64,000 nucleotides of DNA from Lama guanicoe. Lineage: Eukaryota. Made by a program: the position numbers and the translations under genes. The DNA lies in contig MU054391.1 in assembly GCA_013239625.1 (NCBI GenBank), positions 9,023,095 through 9,087,094 of the forward strand, in the 5' to 3' direction. The notes beneath the pieces are model-generated. The model did not search any database and was not told the DNA's origin. It saw nothing but the letters and a program-made list of their open reading frames with translations. Numbering within the stretch: position 1 is the stretch's first letter; each line of letters opens with the position of its first letter. Below, in pieces: positions 1 through 13,899 of this stretch.

Positions 1-3000
1 TGAGAAGAGCTGAAATCCTTAAATAAAATACACCTGGAATTATTTTGCTAGTAGGTAACAGACTACCATTTATTTCCAGAGATCCGTCTAAAGGAAATAT
101 GACACAGCTATGTTATTCACAAAGAAACAAGACACAGATAAATTAGATACAGATGAAGAGGCGGGCACGTGTATACACATATGATATATATTGCTTTCAG
201 ACAAAACAGTTCTACAAACTTCTGAGGTGTATGACCATATAGGTGAATCAAACATGTTTCATCAAAGCATCTGAAGGATCTATAATTTCTAAAATACAAA
301 ACATCTCCGAAGCTCTACTACTGACTTCATGTATCGCCTCAACGATTATTTTCTAATCCAGTGCAAGAGGCTGGTTAGTGTTTCAGCGTGAAATGTAATT
401 TCCGATTAACCTGGGTCTCATACCTGAGGACCTTGCTGGGAGTCAGTAGGTTGAATACATGAATAATAAGTGTATGAGGACTATGTTCTTGTTAGCCTTT
501 TAGGCAGCTGTGAAACCCCCTCAGCGGACATTTTCCCACTTTGGGACTGGGAAGGGGCAGATGCCTCTGCACGGGAGGGAAAAGCACTCTGATGCAGCAG
601 CCATCAGTGCATGTACAGAACGTCTGAAAAGGAAACTAACGTGAATTCTGCGTTTGCCGTGTGACAAGTGCGTCACACCCACCATCTCTTTCTGGTTCAC
701 ATCAACCACTGGGTAGGCAGCACAGCCCCCCTTCTATAGACGAGGGAGGTGGGCTGATCGTGAGGAGATTACCCACCACTTAGGTTACAGCAGTGGAATG
801 GCTAATCTTGGGCTTGAATCGACCCATCTGTCTGATTCCAAGGCTCATGCTCTTCAACTCCACGCTGACTCTTACTGTCTGTTCTCTGCCTACCCTCCCC
901 CCCAACGCCGCCTACGGATTACGTAGGACAGCAGAGCTTCCTAGACCAGCATGACTTGTTTTCCAGGAAGCCTCCCCACAGGGGAAAGTCAGAGCTTTTT
1001 CTCACACTCCTTATCTCGTTAACCCAAGAATGGAGAAACTGAAGTGGTGGGTCAGGATCCCGGTTCATTCTCACCCCTCTCTAGGCAGTAAGCAGTCAGC
1101 ATTTACACTATGATTAGCTGGAGATGATAACTGTATTTAAAAACCCAGGTGTGACCCCGTCAGGGTGATCAAAGGCAGCCTTTGTGATTTAATGCTGTTC
1201 CAAAATAGTCAAGGGAGTGGCTGCTAATTAAGGAGTGAAACTCTAAGCACCCAAGAAAGAACCAACCAACAATTATGAGACCTTTGAGGTTAACACAGCA
1301 GTTTTCCTGCCTGACCTCATTTCCAGAAAAGAAGAAATCACCGTTTGTTAAGGGCTTCCAGTGTTTCCAGCACCAGGAGGGGCACTTCATACCTGCTGTC
1401 TCAGGGACGAACAGAACAGCAGGTCGATGTCAGTGCCCTGTCTCACCGCCCGTGATGCTGAGGCCAGAGAGCAGGGCGATGTGCCTGCTCCTCCTCGCCA
1501 CTCGCTGCCCAGCATCAGCCTCGTGCCAGCTGCCCAGAGCTGCCGACTCTCATCCGTCCCTTCCTCAACTTCTTTCTAATTCTAGAACCAACCGGATGAA
1601 AGCAGTGAAAAGTTTGGACAGGACACAGAATAGCTAAGCAAGTAAAGGTCTATCACTGAATTCCTTAGTGGTGGTACGGGAGCATCAAAGGTAGAGGGAT
1701 TGACAAAGGAAAGCAGGCTCACTTCTGGATACTACTATGTGCCAAGCACTGTGTGAAGCACCTTAAAGTCATTATTCCATATTCTAGTCACTCTGAAGTT
1801 ATTATCCCATTGAATCAGCATAACCCAGCAACTATTGTATGTGAACATGGCGTTCGGAACTTTAAAGTCTTTATCCACTGACTCACCACAATGCTCATTT
1901 CAAAACAAAACAAAAAAATGGCACCATGGAAGCCATTTCACTATTTACCATATGCTGTTAACTGGCTACAGGAAGACTCAAATTCGAATCTTTCAACCTC
2001 GTGTCCAGGGTCCTTTTCTTCTATCTAAGCTCCCTCCAAATTAGAGCATTAAAAGGCACGCAAGCTGCTGGCAGAGCTGGAGTGAAGAAGGGGGCAAGTG
2101 GTTAGGGGCTGGGGCCGGAGTGAAGGTCCCCATGCACACGGCCCAGGGACTGCAGATGGGGGGGCGCACCAGGCTTTCTTATCAGTGCCTCCAGAAAAGG
2201 GCCAGGGAGAAGGGGGAGGCGCGGAGCCTGGAAGCCAGCAGTGGAGGCACATCAAAAAAGGAGCGAGGCTCTGTCTTTGCTATGGTACATGAGCTCAATG
2301 GGTAGGCAACGTACTCAGAGTCAAGATGTGGAAAGATCACCCCGGCAGTGGTATCTGCCCTGGAACGTCCCTTCCCTCCTGCCCGAGCCAGAGTGGCGGG
2401 GCAGAGCGGCTGTGTGTGGCGCCGCCACTCCAGCGAGCAGCACCTGCTTCATTCTCTGTGCCTAATGAGACGGCAGAGGGAAGCGCAACACTCGGCCGTA
2501 AACAGTGATCAACCCCGATCCATCAGGAGGCAAATTACCCGTTCGTGTGCACTGGAAGGGCGCAAAGTGCACTCCTGAGAGTGGTGGTGTGAAACGTGCT
2601 CGGCCCAGTGGACATGAGACCATCCCAAGAACTAAGTTCTCACCAGAAAAAAAAAAAACTGATATTTTTGTGACCTAAACATAACCCAGGCATTTTAAAT
2701 ACAATATGGTTAATCTACCTCTGTGACCAGCATGTGTGGCAGTTGACCAAATCCATTTTATAGTAGAGAGAAGCTCTGATGGGGTTGCTGCCACACACAA
2801 CTCCAGGGGGCGCTGTTTTCTTTGTGGTCTATGTGAACGGCATCCCCTGAGGTTGGGCAGTGAACAGCCAGCAGAGCTGTGCCTGGTGGCCCAGCTCAAA
2901 AAGGTCAAGTCACTCGCTCTAGATCATAAATACATTCAGGAATTGGCTCTCCTGTAATCTGAACCCAAGTCTTCCAGACTCCAAGGTCCATAAATGTGTT

Positions 3001-3784
3001 CTTCTCTAAGATATCAGAAATTCATTTTGAAATGGCAGAAAGGAAGGTGGGGGTTGGGTGGAGGTCTACTTTTTATAGTTGCTTTTCCTTGGGGGTCTGT
3101 CTTCAGAGTTTTCAAGACGAAAGTGACCATTCAGTCCAGGACACCCAAGTGGGGATGCTGCAAACAGGACATACAAGCCTGTGAGTTTTGAGGAGGACTC
3201 GCCCAGGCATTTCAGTGGGGTATCGGCCCTTTGTGTTTGGAATTGCTCAGCTCTGAGTTCAGGAGTCATTTCCGATGATGGATCAGGGGGATGAGGGGAC
3301 TTGGGAAAGATTTAGAAAAGCTTATGAATACTCATTTATAAACACTGATCAGACTTGGAGGAGGACAGAGCTGCGAAGAGCCTTCTAAAGGATGTGTCTG
3401 GATCTGTATCCTGCACGGAAGTAGGAAAAGTAATTCAAGTGATGCTAGAGACTGGAAGGCCTCTGTGCTCTGTGCCGGGAGGCAGCGTAGCACAGCTGTG
3501 GACATGCGCTGCGCAGGGTGCTGGGGGAAATGCGGCGCTGAGACTGCCCTCCCAGGAGTTAACGACTTAGCATAGAGTACAGAGGTGAACTCCAGGAGGG
3601 GACATTAGGAAAAGTGGCATGAGGAGGTGGCATCGGTACTGAGCTTTCATTCAGTATCCTCAGTCCCTGAGGTTACAATGGTAAACAAGAAGGGGAAAGC
3701 TCTCCTTCCAGTGTGGAAGCTGCAGGGTCCTTACAAGTGGAAGAGCACGTCCAAAGAGAGAGAACAGAGAAATAGCAGCATGAG

Positions 3785-4052
3785 AAGAAACTTGCCTCAA
3801 CGTGGCGGGCTTTCAATATGGAGGAGGATGACCACCAGTCAAGGAAAGTGGGCGTGGGCGGCCTCTAGAAGCTGAAAGAGGCAAGGAACCAGACTTCCCT
3901 CGAGCCTCCAGGAGGAACACAGCCCTACTCCAACCTTAATTTTAGTCCATTTCAGACTTCTGACCCACAGGACAGTTAGATAATGAATTTGCATTGTTTT
4001 AAGCCATTAGGTTTACGGAAATGTACTATAGCAGCAGGAGAAATCTAATACA
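3785..4052 (+). mobile_element. MaLR LTR fragment (MLT1C/D-like, 3' half)
   Basis: Typical MLT1 segments: ggcctctagaagctgaaagaggcaaggaa, gagcctccaggaggaacacagccct, and tgttttaagcca...gcagcaggagaaatctaataca at the terminus. Confidence 0.8.
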
Positions 4053-5888
4053 CACTGCACTTAATGCTGGCTGTCATTGCCATTAGTATTGGATAAAGCT
4101 CCAAAATAAAGAAGGTAGGGGAGAAGAAAGGAGACAGAAAAGAGAGAAGTTAATTCTTGTTGGGAGAGAGAGATTCCTATTGAGAAGTGATGAGAAAGTG
4201 TAAGGTGTATTTGGAAAGCAGCCAATGATGGCCTGTGTCTTGATCAGGCCATACCTGAAGCAGGAATTATAGAGCTGGAAAAGTGAAAGGCCTTCAGTGC
4301 CAAGCTGAAGTATGTATTCAGTGGAATGATATTCCACGTACTCTGTGCCCATCATGGTTTCCATCTTTCCACCATCCCATCCTTCCCCTTTGGAAAATAA
4401 TCTTGAATAATCTTTGTGTTTTCAAAGAAAGCATAGGAAATCAAGAATAGAATTTCTGGAGAGAGATTTCTGAGGAAGTCTGGTATCAGGAATGGGGACC
4501 ATTCAAGTCTACATAAAGGTGTGTGAGGTCCTTCTCAGGTTACAACAGAACAATGGCTTCCCTTATGGGGAAGGTGGACTCTGGATAAAAGATGTAAAGT
4601 GTCCCATAGCTCGCCGGCAAGAACTGACTATCACTTCTCTCGTCAATGTCATCTGTGGAATGGGTCCGCTTTTCTTGCAGACTGCTAAGACGATCAAAGG
4701 AGGTGACAGGAGTGAAAGAACTTTGCGAGCAGGAAAAGCACAACACATCTGCCATCAGCCTTCATCGGTCCCCAGGCTGCCGACAGCCCCGAAAGGGAAT
4801 GTGTCAGTCTTCCCTGAGGGTTCAGGGCTGTCTGGTTTCAGGTTTGATCACACCCACACACACACACCCCCGTCATAATCCTTCCCTTCATTTCGCGCTC
4901 TTCTAGCTCCTAATTTTTTTTATTCCCCTTCTAATCAGCTGAACCCTTTGATCACTATTTTGCCTCCTTGTTTAACAGATCTCTGAAATATACTTATTTG
5001 CAAACTGGTTCTACAACCCAAATTGCTCCTGCATAATGTACAAGCCTGTCAACGAAAGCTGCTGGGAGTGGCGATAATATCCACCAAAGAAGTTATCAAC
5101 AGAGGCAAGGCTGTTCTTTGAAAGCAGGAAGTTTTCCTGGAATACATATTCATCTTGGATTTTATTCTCTATTTCATGACAGAGAAGTAGCATCAAAGTG
5201 TTTAAAGGTGATTAATTTCACTGATTACACACTAATGATAATTTCGTAATTAATCCACAGGATAACTGTTCCTAAAACTATCTGTTCCCAGTAAGTTCCA
5301 AGGTTGTGATTTTCATTGAGTTCCTCTTCCCTTCATAGGACCTCATACTGAGGTTTGGGTTGGCTCCTTGTAGACAATAAAAACCCACCTTGCTTCCATC
5401 TTGAAACTGCTTCTGCCAGATGTAAACGAAGGGCTTTCCTTTCAAACTCTGCCTCCTCTCTTTCCCAGACTGGAGCCCTGGGCAGATGGCATGTTGACCC
5501 CCTCCCAGCAGGACCAAGCAGATGGATTGTCAGAGAGGGAAAGAGAGAAAGCCAAAAGCTGGCACAGAACCTGCCCACGTGGGCGGGACACACACTGGAA
5601 AACTAACCTGTTGCAGAGATGAATTCTGGAAGCACATCCCGGCAGGGGAATGGCTGCCCCCAGAGGATGTGGGCACATAGGGGCGTTTAATGACATCCCG
5701 GGCATCTGCACCTGACACTGGGCTTCTGAGATGGATGGAGCTCAGCATGAGCATCCGAACAGAAGGAGTCTGTCCCGGCACGGTCAACCATTTGTGGGAG
5801 TTCTCCGGTTTTCCTCTGTTCTCACCCCCTGGGCACATCCTCCTGCTCCCCTTCAGATAAATACTCCTCTCTTCTCTACCAAAAGTTG

Positions 5889-6100
5889 GGGATTTGCAGA
5901 TACAAACTACTACATATAAAACAGATAAACAACAAGGTCCTACCATAGAGCACAGGGAACTATATTCAATATCTTGTAGTGACCTATAATGGAAAAAAGT
6001 ATGTGTGTGTGAAAGTGAATCACCATGCTGTGTATCAGAGACTAATAGCACAACTTGTGCATCAACTGTACTTCCATTAAAAATTTTTTTTAATTTAAAT
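5889..6100 (+). mobile_element. 5'-truncated L1 3' end (cetartiodactyl type)
   Basis: Contains gcagatacaaactac...aacaaggtcctac...gcacagggaactatattcaatatcttgta and an A/T tail. Flanked by AAAGTTG at 5882-5888 and 6101-6107 (candidate TSD). Confidence 0.85.
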
Positions 6101-8840
6101 AAAGTTGCCCTGGGAAGATGAACTTTATCAGTTTTACCTCTAATTTAAACAGAATGTGAAATCTCAGAAGATCTTTAGTGATCATGAATTTTCATATTCT
6201 CATTTTATGAGGCTCCAGAGAGCCCTGGTGGTCAGCTGCAGAGAGGAGGACCTTGACACACAGAGACAGCCCCGAGAAGCAGTCGCTGAATTAACTCTTT
6301 CTGGGGCTTGGTTTCCTAAACCTCGGCTCGCCATTTGAAAGGTAAGGCTTGCATGCCAGAGTGGGAAAACTGGGGGACAGGAAGTACGAAGCCTTCCAAG
6401 GTCTCCCTAAAACAACCCCCATCACCACGAAAGGCAATTCCCATGCAGTTAAGTCAGTCATTACAAATGGAGTGAGTCACTAGGAAGGTTTCAAAACTGC
6501 ATGAGAAAGCCCAGAACCGGTGTCATTTCTCTGCATTCAGGATCTTCGAGGAAATCCTGAGAGGGCTCTTTTGCCGAGTTGGGATGTGGTTTGCATCCCA
6601 GGTCTGTCTTGCATCTGTCACTCAGGACTTAGTCATGGTGGCACGGGCCCAGCTGGGGGAGAGCAAGAGGCTTGGAGCGCAGCATCCTGGCTTGATAATG
6701 AGACATTTAGTGTCTCCAAGAAAATCTTATCGGGCATTTGCTCCTGCTTTCTTTCTCCTTTTGGAACAACCCGGCTAGCCTCAGGCTCCAGCTGCAGCTC
6801 TAATCTGCCCCTGTCCCCAGTAAAGGCACAGAATCTGCAAAGGTGAAGTGTTAAATAAACAAACCCATCACCCACCTTTACCACCGCATCTCAGACCCTT
6901 GCATGCGATGTTTTCTCTACCAGGAAATCCTTCCCAACACATCTCCCATCCACTCTGCCTGGCAAACTTCCGTCATGCCCTGAAGCCTTTCCTGCCTCGA
7001 CCGCCCAGGATGACTTTGGAAGCCTCCTTTCCCACCTCCCACGGTGTGCGTGGCATCGCCTCTCTGTACTGGCGCTGATCGTAGAGTTCCTTTCACACGG
7101 GAGCCTCGTCTTACGCACCACAGTAACGAATTACTACACTAATAATCATTATTACTAATGTGAAGCAGTGAGAAAAGGAAGAAGAGAGAAGGAATCAATG
7201 AAAGAAATTCATCAACGAGGATGTCACTGGTCCCAGAAGGTGGCAGAACTGGAGTACAAGGAGAAGAGGACAGAGAGGGGCCACCAGACTGTGTCAGAGG
7301 CAGAACAGTGGTGCCCAGGCTGATTCCTTGTCATCCTCATGGTACATGGTGACCAATGGGACAGGAATGCCCTCAACAGCCTGGTTTCAAGATGCCTGCT
7401 CTTTGGAGAAGTGCACTTTTGCCTTGGCCTAGGGAAAGACGAGACTGACTTGAAGTTACTGACGTGGACCCAGAGTACAAGGGAGAGTTTAGTTGTCCAG
7501 CCTGGCATTGTGCCATCAGCCCGTCTAAATCCTCGGTACATCTGGGCTGTGGACATGAGAGTTCTGTCCTCCCACAGAGGAGGCGGGAAATAGAAGATGG
7601 AAGGAACGTTTCTAAAGTACTTTGGGGTAAGGATCCTTCACCTAGAATCACAGAGAAGGGGGTAAATCCAGGCCTGCCTGCCCCCAAACTGTGCCAGAAA
7701 AGAGGCCTCATCTCCTCCGGGTCTCCCCAGGAGTCAGCGTGTCACTTCTTCTTGGAAACCTCCCCTGCAGTTAGAATGTGTGAGCCCTAACCCCACCCCG
7801 TGCTCCTTACCTCCATCGCAGGATTACCTCTACGCCGGTTCTCTCTTGGGGTGGTTTGGAAAGTGTCTTTGCTTAAACGTCCCCCAGGGGACAATGAGAG
7901 ACGACTCTCCCTGGTCAGGACAAGCAGCAGTGAGTACCTGCACACGTGTTTGTGGTTTCTAAGCACGTTCACACCTTTTATCTCATTCGAGTGTCACAAC
8001 AACCCAGTGAGAACTCTCAACTCAGACGTGGCTCTTGTCCAAAATCAGAGCTAATAACACAAGGAAGCCTGGCTCCAACTCCCCAGGTGTCCGCTCCAGT
8101 GCCGTGGCATGGATGGAACCCCCTCTTGGAAGCAGTCTAATCTGTATGGGCGACCTGCTCGAAAGGATATATTCTGTCCCAGTTCGAACGATGGGGACAT
8201 TTGGAGACACTGAGAGCTCTGCTCAAAGGATCTCTTCTAGTGCATCCTTTTCAGCCTGTAAAGTTGTGGGAACTGCTTGAGCTAAAATAGCCTTTTCTTT
8301 GAAAGCTAATCATCACTAGCCCTGTGAAAGGAGTTAATGTAATTAACTCCTCATTAACGTACAAGTTAGATGCCTGCCACCCCACAACTAGTCAATAGCC
8401 AGAAATAAACGAGAACATAGGTGATGGCCTTTCCAAACCTCCAGGGCCAGGACGAGGCACCTCTACCCAAGACTTGTTGAAATATTTCAAGAACCTGATT
8501 TGTACTCTTTTCCCTTTGTATGGAGGTATGTGCATATAGACTGTTTCCCAGGGATATGGAAGCATAGACACCTGTCAAGAATTTCTAGCAAAGCACTCCT
8601 GTCACAGAAGCCTTCAGGATAATGTAAGGCCCTAGAAGACTGAAGTCAGGGCTCATCCTGAGCCCCATCTCATCCCTCAGGCCCACAGAGAAGTGACTTG
8701 CCCACGGTTATAAAGCAACTTACTGGGGAAGCCAGGATGGGAGCACCAAGTCCCACATTCCAAGTCTCCTGCTCTCTCTGCTCCACTGCGGTAACTTTCA
8801 GATGAACTCTCTGAAGTCAAAGCATTTTTAACTGAATATA

Positions 8841-9484
8841 TTTTTTAAATTTATTGAAGAATAATTAATTTACAACATTTCAGATGTACAGCAAAATGAT
8901 TCAGATATATATATATTCTTTTTCAAATTCTTTCTCATTATAGGTTATTGCAAGGTATTGAATAAAACTAAAAATAGAATTACCATATGACCCAGCAACC
9001 CCACTCCTGGAAAAGATGAAAACCCTAATTCAAGAAGATACATACAGCTCAGTGTTCACAGCAGCACTATTTACAATAGCCAAGACATGGAAGCAACCTA
9101 AATGTCCATCAACAGATGAATGAGTAATTAAGATGTGATACACACACACACAATATTACTCAGCCATAAAAAGAATGAAATAATACCATGAAACGATGTT
9201 TGCAGCAATGTGGATAGATCTAGTGATTAGCATACTAAGTGAAGTAATTCAGAGAATGACAAATATCATGTGACATCACTTATATGTGGAATCCAAAAAA
9301 AATGAGACAAACGAACTTATTTACAAAGCAAAAACAGACTCACAGACATAGAAAACAAACTTATGGTTACCAAAGGGAAAAGAGGATAAATTAGGAATTG
9401 GGGATTAACAGATACTACTATATATAAAATAGATAAACAAGGACCTACGGTATGGCACAGGGAAATATATTCAGTATCTTGTAA
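8841..9484. mobile_element. L1 insertion with a 5' inversion (8841-8964 on -, 8965-9484 on +)
   Basis: The left part is the reverse complement of the L1 terminus with a T-tract. The right part is the end of ORF2 and the 3' UTR in sense orientation (ccatatgacccagcaa, gcagcactatttacaatagccaagacatgg). Confidence 0.85.
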
Positions 9485-12400
9485 ATTAATAGATCTTAAA
9501 TCAAGACTCTGTAGTTGAACTCTTTGTCCCTCTCAAAATCCTTATTCATGTCATGATTTGCTCTGGAACCAGAATGGTGACAAGGCAGAACACGGGGGCA
9601 GAAATCTTATGCGTTCTGGGGGAAAAAAATGCTGAACTTCATTTACATTTATTTTAAAATATGAAGGAAATGCAAATACAAGCATCTACGGTCGCAACAT
9701 TATTGAGCTAGAAGAGATCACAAGACGAAAAGAGATCTCCCCAGAAGTTTACAGACACGGAAATTAACAGGAAACCTACTGGAAAAACGGAACTCAAGAC
9801 ATTTCCTCACGTTGCTAGAGATGGACTGACCGGGAGGAATAAGGGCAAAGCAGCAGGACTTGGGGAGGCCCAGCACGGCTGGACCGGAGCCAGCCACAGC
9901 GGGGAGTGCTCTGATGGATACAGAGACCAGGCAGGGACCTCAATACTGCTTTCTGTTAGTTTAGTTCTTTAAACCTTTCTATGCTCTTATCTGTTTACAC
10001 CTTGTGATCTGTCAGACCTTGGAGTTAGACAAGGCTTTTATGACTATCCTCATAGTTAAAAAAAAAAAAAAAAAAAGAAGCTTTGAGAAAGAGTGGGTTG
10101 TGTTGGAAAGAACACTCAGCTGAAAGCCTGGAGCCATGATTGCCAAATCATGCGGTTGGATCTGGCCTGGAGTTTGGACAATCACTTAACTTCAAACCCT
10201 CATCTGCAAGGTCCCTACTCCAAGACTGTGAGTACATGGACCTGACAAGACTGGGGAGAAAGTAACAGCCATTTTTCCAGAGAAAATGAAGGTGCTGGTA
10301 GTTCAAACCTTGAAATGCAAGCATTTGTGAGACATTGAATAATAATTTTAAAAAGAACAAATCTGTCTGATTTGAAGTGGCATATAGCAGAAGGGTGGGG
10401 TCTGGAGTCACGTGACCCTAGTTTCCATTCCACCTGAGGAAGCTCCTGGACATTACTGAACCTCGCTCCTCCCACCTGCAGTCTGTGCGCTTTATCACAA
10501 GGATGGCTGAAGATTCTGACTGAAAATATTTTGTAAAATATTAGTGCATCATATAAGCGTAAGGGATTATTTCTAATTCCCTGCTGTTCAATTTTTGTTG
10601 CACCTTGTACGTACCATCTGCAGAAATGGTAGGCATCACAGGAAACATCTGGTCTTGTCATCAGCCTCCAAACTCTCTACTTTCTAGAGATCCTGGGAAC
10701 ATTTAGTGTAGGCTAAAAGAGTTAATTCCCCCTTAGGTCCAGTTAATTTTGCCAGCTCCAGCTGCTGTATCCTGCATTTTGCTGTATTGATAACACATTG
10801 CTTTATATCATGTAAATGTGCATGTTCTTTGCAAATTGGCAGGAATTACAAAGCTGAAAAATATCACTGCGGTGGCCCTGTCTCCTGGCAGCACATCCTA
10901 TCAGGACTTCAGCTACTGACCTTTTCGCTTGTCTGGACAAACAAAAAGAAAATTATTGACTTTGTTTTTCTTTAAATATTTACTTACCTCCCTATCAAGA
11001 TAAATTACATCAATAAAAATATCAGGCACTCGTTTCTACAGTGCGTTTTGGAATTTCATCCTGTACGCGGGGCTGTTTTACTCCCTGGACTCCAGCTGTT
11101 TAACGGTTTTTCTGCCATCAGAGAATGAAATTCGTATTTAAGATGCTATCTTCCATAGGCTCAGTGCTGGAGAGTGAATCTACTTAAAATCACTATTGAA
11201 AGTCACTTCCCCGCCCGCCTTGTGGATTTCCCACAATTCTCCTGTTGAGACCGGGCTGGTTTCATTTACCTTCATTTTACACGCTCTAATAATTTTTAAA
11301 TACACTTTCCTTCGTATACATTATAGGACCCAGATGGACCTTATCAATAAGCTGGAGATAATGTAACAAGGGTTATTAGTCAATCAAGTCTGCTGCGGTC
11401 AGATAATTAATAAAAGGAAAGGTACTTGACAAAAGAATTTTTTTTAATTTTTAATGCCTTATGAATTAGTGAGTAGAATTTTAATGGGCAATTCAGCTTC
11501 CCACTGTTGGATCTGGCACAGAGGAGGGGAAGGAGCTCACCCAGGCTGTCTGAGGCAGCACAGGGAGCTGTAACAGACCTGGCCTGGGAATCAGCAGACC
11601 TAGGTTCTAAACCACGGCCTAGAGCGGACATCTGACTCCTGAGGCCCCTGCTTACCCATCGACACTTCAGCAGGTATCAGCCATGACTAACGTCCCCCAG
11701 TGTCAAACTGCTCAATATCACAGACTAATAAAATTCCACCCCGCTGTACCAAAGAGAAGGAGGGGAGGGGAAGCTGAGATAGGGTTGCCAATGTTTATTT
11801 CCCCAAATGAAGCATCATTTAAATTCTAAAAACGTGGAACAATAAAAACAGTAGAAAAAATAATTTTTAAACATAACTGAACTTATGAAAAAAATTATTT
11901 TTCTTACGTATTGAGGATTGATGAAAATTTCCTCATGCATCAGAACCAAAATATAAAATCATGCTTGGAAACTCTTAGGCTGGAACATCTCCAGACACCA
12001 TCAGAATGCTGTAATTCTGGAAATCTCATATGAGCAGATCTGAAAGATCCCTTTTTGCTTTAAAATTCAATGGAACTTTATCATTTGAGATGCTGAAAAA
12101 CCATTTTTTTTTCAATTGTGGAGTTTTTTAAAAAATGGATTTCCTTAACTGAATGTTCTGTTTATGGGAGGTTAACAACATTAGCTTTAAATGTGAAGGT
12201 CAGCTCACGTTTTTACCACTTTAGTCAAATGATTAACTCGATGGCAAAGGAACTGAAAGCCTCTAGTACATTCAGACTGGAAGTTCTCTGCTACCATGCC
12301 CCCAAAGTTTTATTTCTCTTTCTAAAGTGTGCTTAATGCCACTATATTAACTTATTTTAGTCTCTCTTTTTAATGCAATATTTGTGTAGATATACAATAT

Positions 12401-13269
12401 AATATCAAACTGTGAAATTTCATGTATTTTCTACAAAGTCAGACGAGGAAATCACAAATGTTTGCTTTGTATTAATGTTCCATACTCCCACACTCTCCTC
12501 CGTAACGTAAGGATAAAAGGGAATATTCTGTTGCAGGACATGGCCTTGAGGCTCACCTGAGACAGTTCTCTGAAATACCTTTGTGCTCTAAAGAGTTTTA
12601 AATTATCTCCATTTTGTAAAAATTGCTTAAAATCATAGGTGATTCTGAAATCACTCATTAAAAACAATGCATGGTAGAATAATGTTATTTTATAAATATT
12701 AACTAAATACATCTTAAAATAAATCATCAAAGGTTTGGGGAGGAAAATATGGAGTTGAATTTTTTTTTTATCCTTAAGTATATAATAACAACTTTGTTAC
12801 CTGAGGGCAATGCCTTGAAAATCTAAATTTGGAGAAGAATGGAGAACTTTTCAAGAACAGTTGAATCAAATGAGGCAAAATAAAATAGGATATAAATGAA
12901 CCCCATTGTAGGCAAATGGGATAGAAAATTCATGCCATGTGGATTCACCAAATTACTCTGCTAGGAATCTGGAATGTTTCTTAATGCCTGCTTTAAGTGA
13001 GGCTATCCTAGAAAAATGATAGAGTCTAATAGAATAGGCTGAATTCTGTTTTCACTTTTCTTGGAAATGGTAAGAAACCATAATGTTTTTTTGTTTTACT
13101 TTTGAAAAAAAAATGACCTAAGATCACACAATATTAGTATAGCAGAGCTGGGTTAGGAGCCATCTGGCAATCCCTGCTTCCAAATTGGAAGAGGACAGTG
13201 AGGTTCCTCTGAGCCTTCTAGAAGAGAGTCAAGCTCGTTTTTCATTTCTGTGGCAGATGTGTTTTTTTT

Positions 13270-13690
13270 TTTTTTAATTTTTATAATGCACCAGGGACGG
13301 CACCTGACAAAGTTTACAGTAGTGAAGACGAAACAGCCCCTGCCCTCAGAGAGCGGGCAGATCATTACTATGAAGCGTGATGCTTTCCACGGTCAGGGAA
13401 ATACAGTGCCCTTTGAAGGCACATGTCAGGAGTGTCCAACCTAATCCAGAGGCATCAGAGAAGCCTGGTTGGAGGAAGTCACCTAAAATCAGACTTTTGG
13501 AAAGTCTTAACTGGGAAAAAGACTGGTGGTAAGGTGTTTCAAGAAGCAGAGAAGAAAATACACAAAGGCAGAGCATCGGGGAAGTACAGACGCTCACCAC
13601 CACTCAGATGCCCTAAGGAGAGAGGGAGAGGAAAGTCAGGGCCACGGAGCAAAGAGCCGTGTGGGGCACGTGTAGCAGGAATTAAAACTA
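13270..13690 (-). mobile_element. L2 LINE 3' fragment, old
   Basis: Degenerate match to the reverse complement of the L2 3' end (gtgaagacgaaacagcccctgccctcagagag...ggaggaagtcacct). Confidence 0.55.
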
Positions 13691-13899
13691 CTGCTCAGTA
13701 AACAAGGTATCTCCTACAGGTGTTCTTTATTCTGGGGGTAAATAACGCACTCGGTCTCTGGAACAACTAATTTCTTTTCAGGAAGACATCCTGTTGGACA
13801 TACTGCTTAAGCAAGGGGAGGAACAGGGGCTGTGGCTAATGTGAGAAAGGAAGCAGAGTCAAGCTTCCCTAGGAGGGATGGGCCTTCCAGCCCAGGTGA

